Source: an uncultured delta proteobacterium (GTDB taxonomy: Bacteria > Desulfobacterota > RBG-13-43-22). Taken from it: DNA of 64,000 bases. Positions 39,652-49,824 of the stretch are shown piece by piece. The position numbers were made by a program, and so were the translations under genes. The stretch lies in NCBI GenBank assembly GCA_963711835.1, contig CAVQFQ010000009.1, positions 1 through 64,000 on the forward strand, in the 5' to 3' direction. Each line of letters begins with the position of its first letter. The first letter of the stretch is position 1. The notes below the pieces were generated by a model. The model was not told where the DNA came from. It did not search any database and worked only from the letters and a program-made list of their open reading frames with translations.

Positions 39652-39699
39652 GCGCATAGAATTGCGCATAAAATAGTTTCTATGAGTAATTCTATGCGC
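39652..39699. repeat. Inverted/direct repeat (GCGCATAGAAT units) directly after the AlbA gene stop
   Basis: GCGCATAGAATTGCGCATAAAA-TAGT-TTCTATGAGTAATTCTATGCGC. Confidence 0.7.
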
Positions 39700-41414
39700 T
39701 ATCTTATAGAATACACATAGCGAGCCCAGCGCCTCTTTCCATTTATCCTGATTTGAGCATTCTCCCCCATGAGTTCATGCATTAATCTTCTGATTTGATT
39801 TCGATCATAATGAACAATTTGGCGGATATCGGCATTTGAAAGCCCCGGATCACCTCGCTTGGCCCGTTCCATCAGAATGCTTAGAACCCTGGTCTTGGCT
39901 GCCTCCCAATCGATTCGTCGGTCTCGCTCGGGGTGTCCTGGTCCGGCGAGACGACGATAGGTATCCGGCCGGAAGGACCAGTAGGTTCCCTTGCCTGTCC
40001 CCCCTCGTTCGAGATAAGACATCTGCTGTTCCATATCGGTTAATATATCTCTAACCTGGACTTCTGGGCGCTGGCAGAGGCGGGAAGCAGTTATGGTGTC
40101 AATCTCGGGGTGAGTCATTAGTTGCTGGAAAATCAAGAGATGGTCCACAGAAAATGAGCGTCCGCGCTGGTTTTCCTCAGCTACAAAAATTCGAAAAGCC
40201 GGGGAAAAATCACGTCGGTTAAACGTCACAGTAACCGACTCTCCGCTTTCATGGATCAGGGGTGGTTCCTTACCTTCGATCAAAAGGGCCTCGAACATCC
40301 GACCGATACCGAGGTTACTCCGATTTACCAAGCGCAATTTGGCTAAGGCATTAACCAGGAGGAGATTTCGAGCCGCCGGTTGATGGTGGAGAATGTTTTC
40401 GGGTGTAATGCCGGCAATAAACCCGCCGGGATTGCTTATCTCTAACTTCCCTTGGAACTGCTTGACGAGAACCGGACCCGAAAGTCGGTAATCTGCATGA
40501 CAAAGGGCGTTAAGGAGCACTTCTCGCAGGGCGATTTCGGGATAGGTCCGATACTCAAAGTGGAACATCCCCTGTTTCAAGGTTGTAATAGGATTGTCGG
40601 CATTGATCCGGTCCAACAACCGAAAAAGGGCAATAGCCAGGGCATCCGTCCCGTCGGCCCGATCGGAGTAGCGTGTATCAGTATCCATCCGCAAATGGGT
40701 CCAAACATATCCGGGAAACCAACGTCGAATAGCTGTTTCAGTTCCTGCCAGCAAGATGCCGGCCCGAGAAAGACGACCCGAACGCATCACTCCAATCTGA
40801 GCCAGTAGATCCTGGTCGGTCATCTGCAGCAATTCTTCAGGAGCCCGTTCCCGCCGGGCGGCGTCTCGAAGACGCTCCATGGCCGAGGCTGAAATAAAAT
40901 CTTGGGGTCGACCGTCTACATTTTCAGCGGTGAAATCGGTTTCACCCGTTTCAACCATGATTCGTCGGCGTAGCGTACCGGTTAAAGGTTGGCAATCCCT
41001 TCCAATACGGACCTTTCCCCCGCCTGAGGTGTCGGTGTATGGAGGGATTCCTGGGTAAACCTGCATGACCAAAATACGTCCTGTGCCTTCTGGAACCAAA
41101 AGTTCCTCGAAAACCGGCGTCAACTTAGGGTCCGTGGAATCATAGACAGTCTTTTTTAGGCGGTTCACATCAATTTCCGGGGGAACGCCAAGAATAGCCT
41201 TTCCCCTACCAATCGCCTTGTCGTTGACTCCAAATACTACCGTCCCCCCGCCACCGTTTGCCATACAGATTGCCATTTCGAGAACTTGAGACACGGCATC
41301 CTTTAGACTGCGGGATTTCCATTCTTTGAATTCGAGGTCTTGATCCTCAAGATCATCCGCCGAACGGATTTCGATTTCTGCAAGAAGTTTCTGGATATCG
41401 TCTCTACTGCGCAT
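39699..41414 (-). CDS. Schlafen/AlbA_2 + HATPase_c_4 (RecG-C-like) + HTH protein
   Basis: EDQDLEFKE, MANGGGG.VVFGV.D, ALREVLLNALCHADY, ISNPGGF, RNLLL, G.GIGRM. Confidence 0.88.
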   Translation of the reverse strand: MRSRDDIQKLLAEIEIRSADDLEDQDLEFKEWKSRSLKDAVSQVLEMAICMANGGGGTVVFGVNDKAIGRGKAILGVPPEIDVNRLKKTVYDSTDPKLTPVFEELLVPEGTGRILVMQVYPGIPPYTDTSGGGKVRIGRDCQPLTGTLRRRIMVETGETDFTAENVDGRPQDFISASAMERLRDAARRERAPEELLQMTDQDLLAQIGVMRSGRLSRAGILLAGTETAIRRWFPGYVWTHLRMDTDTRYSDRADGTDALAIALFRLLDRINADNPITTLKQGMFHFEYRTYPEIALREVLLNALCHADYRLSGPVLVKQFQGKLEISNPGGFIAGITPENILHHQPAARNLLLVNALAKLRLVNRSNLGIGRMFEALLIEGKEPPLIHESGESVTVTFNRRDFSPAFRIFVAEENQRGRSFSVDHLLIFQQLMTHPEIDTITASRLCQRPEVQVRDILTDMEQQMSYLERGGTGKGTYWSFRPDTYRRLAGPGHPERDRRIDWEAAKTRVLSILMERAKRGDPGLSNADIRQIVHYDRNQIRRLMHELMGENAQIRINGKRRWARYVYSIR

Positions 41415-41416
41415 AA

Positions 41417-41503
41417 CTATTCCAACACGATCCGCACGTTGCCGGGCTCCTTGCCCTTGGTGAGTTGGTCCAGGTATTCCTCGAACCGTTTCCTCATCTC
41501 CGC
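41417..41503 (-). pseudogene. C-terminal stub of a DUF6079-like (BREX-3 ATPase) gene
   Basis: Reads [28 protein letters not shown] ending 2 nt before the AlbA ATG; no upstream gene body. Confidence 0.6.
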
Positions 41504-41793
41504 TTCCTTTATAATGCTGCCGTGTAAAAAAGGCCCAAATCCTGATTATAGGAAAAGGGCCTTTTCATGTTCAACCAATCCTCCCCAAGTTAAGGTTAAA
41601 GGGAAAAAGAAAAGAAAAATTAGTAAGATAGAAAGGAAATAGCACAGCCATTCGGCTTTGTCAATGCCGGATAACATCCTAAATGCACCCCCTAATTTTC
41701 GACATAGGCTGTTTTTTATCGGTGTTTGTCGGTGGATTATGAATTGTTCACTTTGTTGATTCTATTCTTGATTTATACTATGGTAACTCAATT

Positions 41794-43416
41794 ATGGGGA
41801 AGAACGATGGGAACAATGGCTCCTGGCTCACTCTGGAGGATTTATCTCAACTCAAGGCCTTGGGCATCTCAGAAAGCAAGGTGCGAGAGCAAATTGCCCT
41901 CTGTCAAAACCCCCCTGCCTGTCTTACGATCGACCGTCCCTGCACCCTGGGAGACGGGATCGAACGGATCCCTCCCGAACAGATAACACGCTGTCTCCGC
42001 GAACAGGAAAAGGCCGCTCACCAGGGCCGCTTTCTGAAATTTGTCCCGGCCTCCGGTGCGGCCAGCCGCATGTTCCAGACTTTGCTGCAGGGCTATTATG
42101 ATCTACCGGCCTTGGGACTGAAGGACCTCGGCCGACGAGCGGAAAAGGGGGATCGGCCGGCCGGGGAGGTGCATCATTTTTTCCAGTCTCTTGACCGGTT
42201 TGCTTTTTATGAGGATCTGGGCAAACGGTTGGCCCGGGACGGGTATGCCCTGGAGGAGTTAAGACGGCAGGGGAAGTGGCAGCTCATCCTGGAAACCCTT
42301 TTATTCCAGCCGGGATTAAACTACAGCCAGCTGCCCAAGGGTTTGTTAAAATTTCACCTTTATCCCCAGCGCAGCCGAACCGCTTTTGAAGAACATCTGG
42401 TTGAGGCCGCGGAAACCATTAAAAACGACCGGGGGATCTGCCGGCTTCATCTGACCGTGGCCCCGGGATTTGAAGAAGCTTTTATCCGGCTTTTTGAAGA
42501 AGTAAGGCCCTTCTACGAGGGCCAGTGGGGGTATCGCTTCGAAGTCTCCTGGTCCAGTCAAAATCCGGCCACCGATACGCCGGCCGTTGACCTGAATCTG
42601 CGGCCATTCCGGGAAAAAGACGGGCGGCTTCACTTCCGGCCCGGAGGCCACGGCGCGCTCCTGGCCAATCTCAACGATCTCAACGGCGATCTGGTCTATC
42701 TCAAAAACATTGACAACGTCCTGCCGGATCGATTAAAAGGCCCGACCATCCTCTGGAAAAAAATCCTGGGGGGATACCTGGTTCAGATTCAGCAGGAGGT
42801 TCACACCTATCTGGAACGATTGACCGCCGAGGAGAATAATCCCGATTTGCTGAAGGAAGTCCGGGAATTTTATTTCGAAAAGTTAAAACTCCCCGGACCG
42901 ATCCTCTTCAATCAATGGGAGCTAAAGGAACAAAAAGGCTTCTTAATAAGAAAATTAAACCGCCCCATCCGGGTCTGCGGGATGGTTAAAAATGAGGGAG
43001 AACCCGGCGGCGGGCCATTCTGGGTCGTTGATAAGGAAGGCTTTTTGACCCTTCAGATCGTTGAAATGGCCCAGGTGGATTCTCTTTCCCCGGAACAACA
43101 GGCCCTGTGGGCTGCGGCGACTCATTTTAATCCCGTGGACCTGGTTTGCGCCCTGCGCGATTTTCAGGGCCGGCCCTTCGAGCTGCAGCGGCACGTCGAT
43201 CCGGAAGCGGTTTTTATAACCCGAAAATCGCAAGAAGGCAGGACCCTTAAGGCCCTGGAACTGCCCGGACTCTGGAACGGGAGCATGTCCGACTGGATGA
43301 CTTTCTTTATTGAAGTACCCGGCAGCACCTTTTCTCCGGTCAAAACCATCCTGGACCTTCTCAAACCCGAGCATCGGAGAGATCCCCTTTATATCCCTTC
43401 CCCGTCCGAAAGCTGA
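41794..43416 (+). CDS. DUF4301 family protein
   Basis: KFVPASGAASRMF, PKGLL.FH.Y, FRPGGHGAL, KNIDNV, GEPGGGPFW, THFNPVD, LPGLWNG. Confidence 0.88.
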   Translation: MGKNDGNNGSWLTLEDLSQLKALGISESKVREQIALCQNPPACLTIDRPCTLGDGIERIPPEQITRCLREQEKAAHQGRFLKFVPASGAASRMFQTLLQGYYDLPALGLKDLGRRAEKGDRPAGEVHHFFQSLDRFAFYEDLGKRLARDGYALEELRRQGKWQLILETLLFQPGLNYSQLPKGLLKFHLYPQRSRTAFEEHLVEAAETIKNDRGICRLHLTVAPGFEEAFIRLFEEVRPFYEGQWGYRFEVSWSSQNPATDTPAVDLNLRPFREKDGRLHFRPGGHGALLANLNDLNGDLVYLKNIDNVLPDRLKGPTILWKKILGGYLVQIQQEVHTYLERLTAEENNPDLLKEVREFYFEKLKLPGPILFNQWELKEQKGFLIRKLNRPIRVCGMVKNEGEPGGGPFWVVDKEGFLTLQIVEMAQVDSLSPEQQALWAAATHFNPVDLVCALRDFQGRPFELQRHVDPEAVFITRKSQEGRTLKALELPGLWNGSMSDWMTFFIEVPGSTFSPVKTILDLLKPEHRRDPLYIPSPSES

Positions 43417-43610
43417 CCAAAGCAATTTGAAATTTTCTCCTCGGAGGGAACTCCTCCGGAAATGATTTTTTGGTCAATTGTGACCCATTTCTCCTCGGGG
43501 AGGGAAGTCCGCCGCGGCGGATTTAGCGGTCCAATGAAAGAGTAAGAGAACCATTCTCAGATTAGGGAGGTAACAATCTAAGCGGTCTAATTTATTTATA
43601 GAAATAAAGT

Positions 43611-43639
43611 TTGACATCGGAAATTAAAGAAGTTATTAT
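43611..43639 (+). promoter_or_regulatory. Sigma70 promoter of tRNA-Gly/rimP operon
   Basis: TTGACA-17 nt-TATTAT. Confidence 0.75.
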
Positions 43640-43654
43640 TATCCGTTTAGGAAA

Positions 43655-43730
43655 GCGGGCATAGCTCAGTTGGTAGAGTACAAGCTTCCCAAGCTTGGTG
43701 TCGCGGGTTCGAATCCCGTTGCCCGCTCCA
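43655..43730 (+). tRNA. tRNA-Gly(CCC)
   Basis: 76-nt cloverleaf, anticodon arm CAAGC-TTCCCAA-GCTTG, GGTTCGAATC, encoded CCA. Confidence 0.97.
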
Positions 43731-43884
43731 TTTTTGATTTGTTTTCAGGTAGTTCCCTTTTTGAGGTAGGTCTTCGTTTCCGGAGGGTTAGTCCCGGGGA
43801 GGCAGACCATCACTTCGAAGAGCGGATGAGTTGATAGGCTTCAGTATTTTTGGATAGACCATATCAATTTGTTTCTGCTTTTGG

Positions 43885-43910
43885 AAGTGGGCCTCGGCCC
43901 ATTTTTTTTT
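43885..43910 (+). promoter_or_regulatory. rimP leader terminator hairpin
   Basis: AAGTGGGCCTCGGCCCATTTTTTTTT upstream of rimP. Confidence 0.75.
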
Positions 43911-44072
43911 CTTCGGGCCGGAAAAGGTCTAACCAAAGATCTTTGAAATTTTCACTAAAGTCCCAAAGAAATGGTGTAAGGATCCGGCCTGACCCCTTAC
44001 ACCTGATAAAAGTTAGAGATAAATTCCCAGAATTAAGAAGGATAGAATCAAAGGAATCAGCCGGGTAAGCCC

Positions 44073-44543
44073 ATGACGGTTCACTTAAAAACGGATCCGG
44101 ATAGAATCGCTGAAGTGGTCGAAGCCCTGCTCCGGTCCGAGGGGCTGGAGCTGGTGGATTGGCAGTTCAGAAAGGAAGGCCGCTCCTGGGTTCTCAGGAT
44201 CTTTATCGATAAACCCGGGGGGGTAACCCTCGATGATTGTGCGGACCTAAGCCGGGAGCTGGGAGATCAGATCGAAGTCAATAAACTGATCCCCCATGCC
44301 TATATCCTGGAAGTTTCTTCCCCCGGTTTAGACCGCCCCCTTAAGAAAGAAAAAGATTATTTAGGCAGTATTGGAAAATTGATTCAATTAACCATCCGCC
44401 CCCCTATCGAAGGACAGAGTTTTTTTAAAGGCATCCTGCTGGACTATACTCCCTCCGGGGGTTTGGTCTTGAGAGAAGGGGAAAAAACAAGGGAGATCCC
44501 TGTTTCTCAAATCAACAAAGCCCGCCTGGTCTTTGAAGGTTAG
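44073..44543 (+). CDS. rimP: Ribosome maturation factor RimP
   Basis: LRIFIDKPGGVTLDDC, LEVSSPGLDRPL. Confidence 0.95.
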   Translation: MTVHLKTDPDRIAEVVEALLRSEGLELVDWQFRKEGRSWVLRIFIDKPGGVTLDDCADLSRELGDQIEVNKLIPHAYILEVSSPGLDRPLKKEKDYLGSIGKLIQLTIRPPIEGQSFFKGILLDYTPSGGLVLREGEKTREIPVSQINKARLVFEG

Positions 44544-44609
44544 TCAACCTCTGTGTTGAACGAACCGTTTACGGGGATGTCATAAAAACCATTGGAGGAG
44601 TAATAGGTT

Positions 44610-45995
44610 ATGGGCCTCATTCAAAAAAAAGAAAAGGAACCGGCCGGTATCCCCCCCCTTGAACTCAAAAGGGTAATCGACCAGATCAGTCGGGACAAGG
44701 GGATTGATAAAAACGTACTGATTTCGACACTGGTCGAGGCCATTCGATCGGCCGCTAAAAAGAAATTGGGTTTAAAGAGGGAAATCGAGGTCACTTATAA
44801 TGAAGGATTGGGGGAGATCGAGGTCTTTGAATTCAAGGAAGTGGCGGAGAAGGTCAAAGATCCCCAGGCCCAAATTTCCCTGGAAGAAGGAAAAAAATTA
44901 GATCCCGAGTGCGAACTGGGAGATAGTTTGGGCGTTAAAATGGACACCGGCTCTTTTGGCCGCATTGCCGCCCAATCGGCTAAGCAGGTCATTATTCAAC
45001 GGATGAAGGACGCGGAACGGGATATTATTTATGACGACTTTAAAGACCGAAGAGGAGAAGTGATCAACGGTATTGTTCAACGATTTGACAAGGGGACGGT
45101 CATTGTCAACCTGGGAAGAACCGAGGCCATCCTGCCCATAACGGAGCAAATCCCCAGCGAGAACTATAAGCAGGGAGATCGTATCCGGGCTTATGTGCTG
45201 GATGTAAAAAAAATAAGCAAAGGGCCTCAGATCCTTCTCTCTCGAACCCACCCCCAATTCCTGGCCGCCCTTTTTGAAATGGAAGTCCCGGAGGTTGCCG
45301 AGAAAATCGTTCGTGTGGTCAATGTCGTCAGGGAACCGGGCAGCCGCTCAAAGATGGCCGTATCTAGCGAAGACAAGGATGTGGACCCCGTAGGGGCCTG
45401 TGTGGGCATGAAGGGAAACCGGGTGCAGAACGTGGTTCAAGAACTCCGCGGGGAAAAGATCGACATTATTCCCTGGAGTCCGGACCAGGCTAAATATATT
45501 TGTAAGGCCCTGGCCCCGGCTGAAGTCATCCGGGTCATCATTGATGAGGTAAATCGCTCTATGGAAGTCGTAGTTCCCGACGAGCAGTTGTCGCTGGCCA
45601 TCGGTAAAAAAGGACAAAACGTCCGCTTGGCCTCACGCCTGACCGGCTGGAAGATCGATGTCAAAAGCGAATCCAAATATACCAAGTCCATGCGCGATGG
45701 GTACCAATCCCTGCTCCAGATCGTCGGGGTGGGAGAAGCCACCGCCGATGCTTTGTATAAGGGGGGCTTTGAGTCGGCTAAGGAAGTAGCCGAAGCCCAG
45801 GCAGAGGAGTTGATCCAGATCACCGGTATCACCCCCAAGAAGGCTGAAAAATTAATGGAGGCCGCCAAGGAGTTCCTGCAGCTTACCCAGCCCAAGGAGA
45901 CTTCCGAGGATTCCGAGGAGCCCGGACCGGAGACGCCTGGTTCCCGGGAAGGGTCCGAGGAGGAATCTCCCGAAACGGAGGAGCAGTCTTCCTAA
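44610..45995 (+). CDS. nusA: Transcription termination factor NusA
   Basis: [34 protein letters not shown]. Confidence 0.97.
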   Translation: MGLIQKKEKEPAGIPPLELKRVIDQISRDKGIDKNVLISTLVEAIRSAAKKKLGLKREIEVTYNEGLGEIEVFEFKEVAEKVKDPQAQISLEEGKKLDPECELGDSLGVKMDTGSFGRIAAQSAKQVIIQRMKDAERDIIYDDFKDRRGEVINGIVQRFDKGTVIVNLGRTEAILPITEQIPSENYKQGDRIRAYVLDVKKISKGPQILLSRTHPQFLAALFEMEVPEVAEKIVRVVNVVREPGSRSKMAVSSEDKDVDPVGACVGMKGNRVQNVVQELRGEKIDIIPWSPDQAKYICKALAPAEVIRVIIDEVNRSMEVVVPDEQLSLAIGKKGQNVRLASRLTGWKIDVKSESKYTKSMRDGYQSLLQIVGVGEATADALYKGGFESAKEVAEAQAEELIQITGITPKKAEKLMEAAKEFLQLTQPKETSEDSEEPGPETPGSREGSEEESPETEEQSS

Positions 45996-46002
45996 AGCGA
46001 GT

Positions 46003-46281
46003 ATGCTTGGTGTGGAACGGACCTGTCGCGCCTGTCGAAAAAAAAAGAATAAAAACGAATTGCTTCGATTCGTCATCGTTGACAACAAGGTACTGAAAGC
46101 GGATCCCAAAAAAATATTGCCGGGCCGCGGCTGGTACCTATGCCCTGAACCTTCTTGCCTGTCTCTATTGGGGATCCCCAATAGGTCCCGCCGGGCCTTC
46201 GGGCGCCCGGTAGAGATCGGCCCTGAGTTAAAAGAACAACTAACGATTCCGCCGCCGGGGGGAGAGCATGGCCAAAATTAG
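46003..46281 (+). CDS. ylxR: YlxR/RnpM (DUF448) RNA-binding protein
   Basis: RTC.AC...K.ELLRFV, PGRG.YLC; position between nusA and infB. Confidence 0.88.
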   Translation: MLGVERTCRACRKKKNKNELLRFVIVDNKVLKADPKKILPGRGWYLCPEPSCLSLLGIPNRSRRAFGRPVEIGPELKEQLTIPPPGGEHGQN

Positions 46282-48926
46282 AGTTTATGAATTAGCCAAA
46301 GAACTTCAGATGGAGAATAAGGCACTGGTCGATCTGGTTCGAGAAATGGGGATTGAAGTGAAAAGTCATTCTTCGTCCCTGACCGAGGAGGAAGTTTCCC
46401 TGATAAAGGGACATATACAAGGAACAAAATCCCTGGTCGTGGAAGAACAACGGATCCAATCAGGGGTTATCCGGCGCAGGAAAAAAATTGTCGAGGTCCA
46501 GCCCCCGCCCGAAGCAGCCCAGCCGGTCCGGGAACCATTGCCCGTGGAAGAGACACCGCCGTCAAAACCTGAGCCGGGTGTTCCTTCGGCCTTTGAACCT
46601 CAGGCGGTGCAGGAAGCCGGAGTGGTTCCGGAGCAGCCGGTCGAAGCCCTTCCGAAGGTTCCCCCCCAACCGGTTTCCGAGAAGAAGGCGGTCCATAAGA
46701 AAATTGATGAAAAAGAAGGCCTTCTGCCGACAGCCGGGGAGGTCAAGGTCAAACCGGTCAAGCCCCTCAAACCACCCAAAGAAGCGGCTGCCCGGGTGGT
46801 TCGGCCGGCCGAAAGTCCGGCCAAGATAATCCGGCCGGCGGAAACAATCACCAAGGCCGGCCGCCCCGGAGAGGGTCCGGCCAGGGGTCCCCAGTCTGCC
46901 AAGACCGCGGCTCCCCCGGCCAAAGGGGAAGAGAAAAAGACCGAGAAAGAGGCCTTAAAGGAAAAAATAATCCCCAAGAGAAAAGGAAAGACCGTCAAGG
47001 GAGCCGAGGAGGACGCTACCAAGGCCAAGGTCTTTAAAAGGAAGAAAGAAGTCCTGGAGCGGGAAGATTTATACGAGGGACCGGGTAAGGAAGGCCGGGC
47101 TTACCGGGCGATTAAAGGCGGGAAATTAACGGCCAAGAAGTTTAAAAAAACCGAAATTACCACCCCCAAGGCGATCAAGCGGCGCCTAAAAATTGCCGAA
47201 GCCATTAATGTCAATGAATTGGCCAGGCGCCTGGGCATTAAGGGGTACCGATCTGATGAAAAAATTAATTGCCCTGGGGTTGATGGTGACTTTGAACCAA
47301 TCCATTGATTACGAGGCCGCCGCCCTGGTGGCCGGTGAATTCGGTTACGAGGTGGAAAAGGTTTCCTTTGAAGAAGAACAGCTCATCAAACTTCATGCCG
47401 ATCTCCCGGAAGAATTAAGACCGCGCCCACCGGTAGTCACCATTATGGGTCACGTGGATCACGGAAAAACCTCCCTGCTGGATATGGTGCGCAAAACCAA
47501 TGTAACGGGTGGGGAAGCAGGAGGTATTACCCAGCATATCGGCGCCTACCATGTCAAGTTGGACCGGGGAGAGATCGTTTTCTTAGACACCCCGGGCCAT
47601 GAAGCCTTTACCGCCATGCGGGCTCGGGGGGCCCAAGTAACGGATATCGTGGTCTTGGTAGTGGCGGCCGATGACGGCATGATGCAGCAGACCAAAGAGG
47701 CGATTGACCATGCCCGGGCCGCCGGAGTACCTATTATTGTGGCCGTCAATAAAATCGACAAACCCAATGCCAATCCGGACCGGGTCAAAAGGCAACTGGC
47801 CGAATACGGACTGACGCCGGAAGACTGGGGTGGAGAAACCATCTTCGCCGAGGTTTCGGCTAAGACCGGCCAGGGCGTCGAAACTCTTCTGGAATTAATT
47901 CTCCTGCAGGCCGAGGTTTTGGAACTCAAGGCCAATCCCAACAAATTGGCTCTCGGCCATATCATCGAAGCCAAATTGGACAAAGGCCGGGGGCCGGTGG
48001 CGACCGTCCTGATCCAGGGAGGCACCTTGCGAACCGGTGACCCCTTTATCTGCGGGATCCACTTTGGGAAGGTGCGGGCCCTTTACAACGAATTGGGACA
48101 CAGGGTCGACCAGGCCCCGCCCTCCATACCGGTGGAGGTCCATGGTTTTAGCGGTGTTCCCCCGGCCGGGGAAGAATTTGTCGCCTGCGAGGATGAGCGC
48201 AAGGCCAAACAGCTCAGCCTGTCCCGTCTCCAGAAGAAACGGGAAGCCGAACTGTCCAAAACCAGCAAAATCACCTTGGAAAAACTCTATGAACAGATCC
48301 AGGAGGGGGAGGTCAAGGAACTCAATATCATCCTCAAGGCCGATGTCCAGGGGTCCTTGGAGGCCATTGGGGATGCCCTCCATAAATTAAGCACCCCGGC
48401 CATTAAGGTGAATCTGCTCCACAACTCTCCCGGGGCCATAACCGAGACCGATGTCATGCTGGCCTCGGCTTCCAAGGCCATCATCATCGGTTTTAACGTC
48501 CGGCCCAATTACAAAGTACAGGAATTGGGTGAGCAGGAACAGGTGGATATCCGTTACTACGATATTATCTATCAACTGGTTTCCGAGGTCAAGGATGCCA
48601 TGGTGGGGATGCTGGACCCGGTGCACAAGGTAGTCGTTCAGGGCCATGCCGAAATCCGGGAACTCTTTCATGTCCCCAAGATAGGCGGCATCGCCGGTAG
48701 TTTTGTTACCGACGGAAAAATGGAAAGAAACGCCAAGGCCCGCTTGCTCAGGGAAAACGTGGTCATTTACGACGGCCGGATCTCTTCCCTGAGAAGGATC
48801 AAGGATGATGTCAAAGAGGTGGCGGCCGGATACGAATGCGGGATCAAATTAGAGGATTACAACGATATCAAGGTGGGCGATATCATTGAGTCGTACCTGG
48901 TCGAGGAGATCAAACCGGAACTGTAA
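46268..48926 (+). CDS. infB: Translation initiation factor IF-2 (apparent extra G at ~47242-47245)
   Basis: [10 protein letters not shown]-term; [17 protein letters not shown]; frames join at AAGGGGTACC. Confidence 0.96.
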
Positions 48927-48992
48927 GGCGCGGGCGGAGGCCTTTAACGGCCTTGCCCCACGATTATCTTCAACCCTGACAGAGAACCGTCT

Positions 48993-49280
48993 ATGATCAT
49001 CGGCATTTTAGAACTGGTGCTCCGGCTGCCCGATTCCCATTCCCTAAAGGCCAAGCGCCAGGTGATCAAGAGCATTAAAGACAAGGTCCGGAACCGTTTT
49101 AACGTCTCCATGGCCGAGGTGGGGGACCACGATCTCTGGCAGACAGCCCGGTTGGGGGTCTGCACCCTGGGTAACGATCGGGCCCATCTCAATGCCCGAT
49201 TGGATCAGGTCCTTAATTTTATCGAGGGCCTTCACCTGGCCAGCGACCTGGAGTTCCAACTGGATTTTTTGGATTATTGA
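48993..49280 (+). CDS. DUF503 (YlxP) protein
   Basis: SLKAKRQV, FNVS.AEV..HDLWQ. Confidence 0.9.
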   Translation: MIIGILELVLRLPDSHSLKAKRQVIKSIKDKVRNRFNVSMAEVGDHDLWQTARLGVCTLGNDRAHLNARLDQVLNFIEGLHLASDLEFQLDFLDY

Positions 49281-49461
49281 GACCGCGTCGTAACTCGTAT
49301 CCATCTGGAAATCGGGAGGTTCCGGATGGGACGTTCGGCCGTCAGCTCTAGACTTTTATTTGTTAGGTTTTTTGCTGAAAGCTGATCGCTGATAGCTTTG
49401 ATCCGGAAAGCATCTTGTCCGGATGAACACACACTTACTTCGAAAGACGACAGGCATCACT

Positions 49462-49824
49462 GTGGCTAAGCCCAAGCGAACCGTCCAGGTGGGCGGTTTG
49501 ATCCAAAAAGAGATTTCGGAAATATTGGTACGAAAGGTCAAGGATCCCCGGACGGAAATGGTCACCATCACCGGGGTGGAAGTCTCTCCGGACCTGAAGT
49601 TGGCCAAGATCTATTTTAATCGCCATGGGGGTCCCGAGGATATTCAGCGCAGTTTGGAGGGCCTCCAGGGAGCCTCCGGTTTTATCAAAAGAGAACTGGG
49701 AGCCCGTCTAAAATTGCGCCATGTCCCGGACCTTATGTTTATCCATGATAAGTCGTTTGAATACGGAGACCGCATCGAGTCCTTGTTAAAGGATCTTTTT
49801 CCGAAAAAGGAAGCGGAGGAATAA
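49462..49824 (+). CDS. rbfA: Ribosome-binding factor A (start uncertain)
   Basis: KDPR..MVTITGVEVSPDLK.AKIY, LRHVPDL.F..D.S. Confidence 0.93.
   Translation: MAKPKRTVQVGGLIQKEISEILVRKVKDPRTEMVTITGVEVSPDLKLAKIYFNRHGGPEDIQRSLEGLQGASGFIKRELGARLKLRHVPDLMFIHDKSFEYGDRIESLLKDLFPKKEAEE

Noticed and set aside
43655-43730. tRNA-Gly as integration site for the TA/defence region
   Set aside because: No duplicated tRNA 3' end or integrase seen, and the accessory region lies 5' of the tRNA
47230-47260. Programmed frameshift or split infB
   Set aside because: Removing one G from AAGGGGTACC restores a normal essential IF-2; similar single-base slips in thiM, the ECF ATPase and the RND permease point to sequencing error
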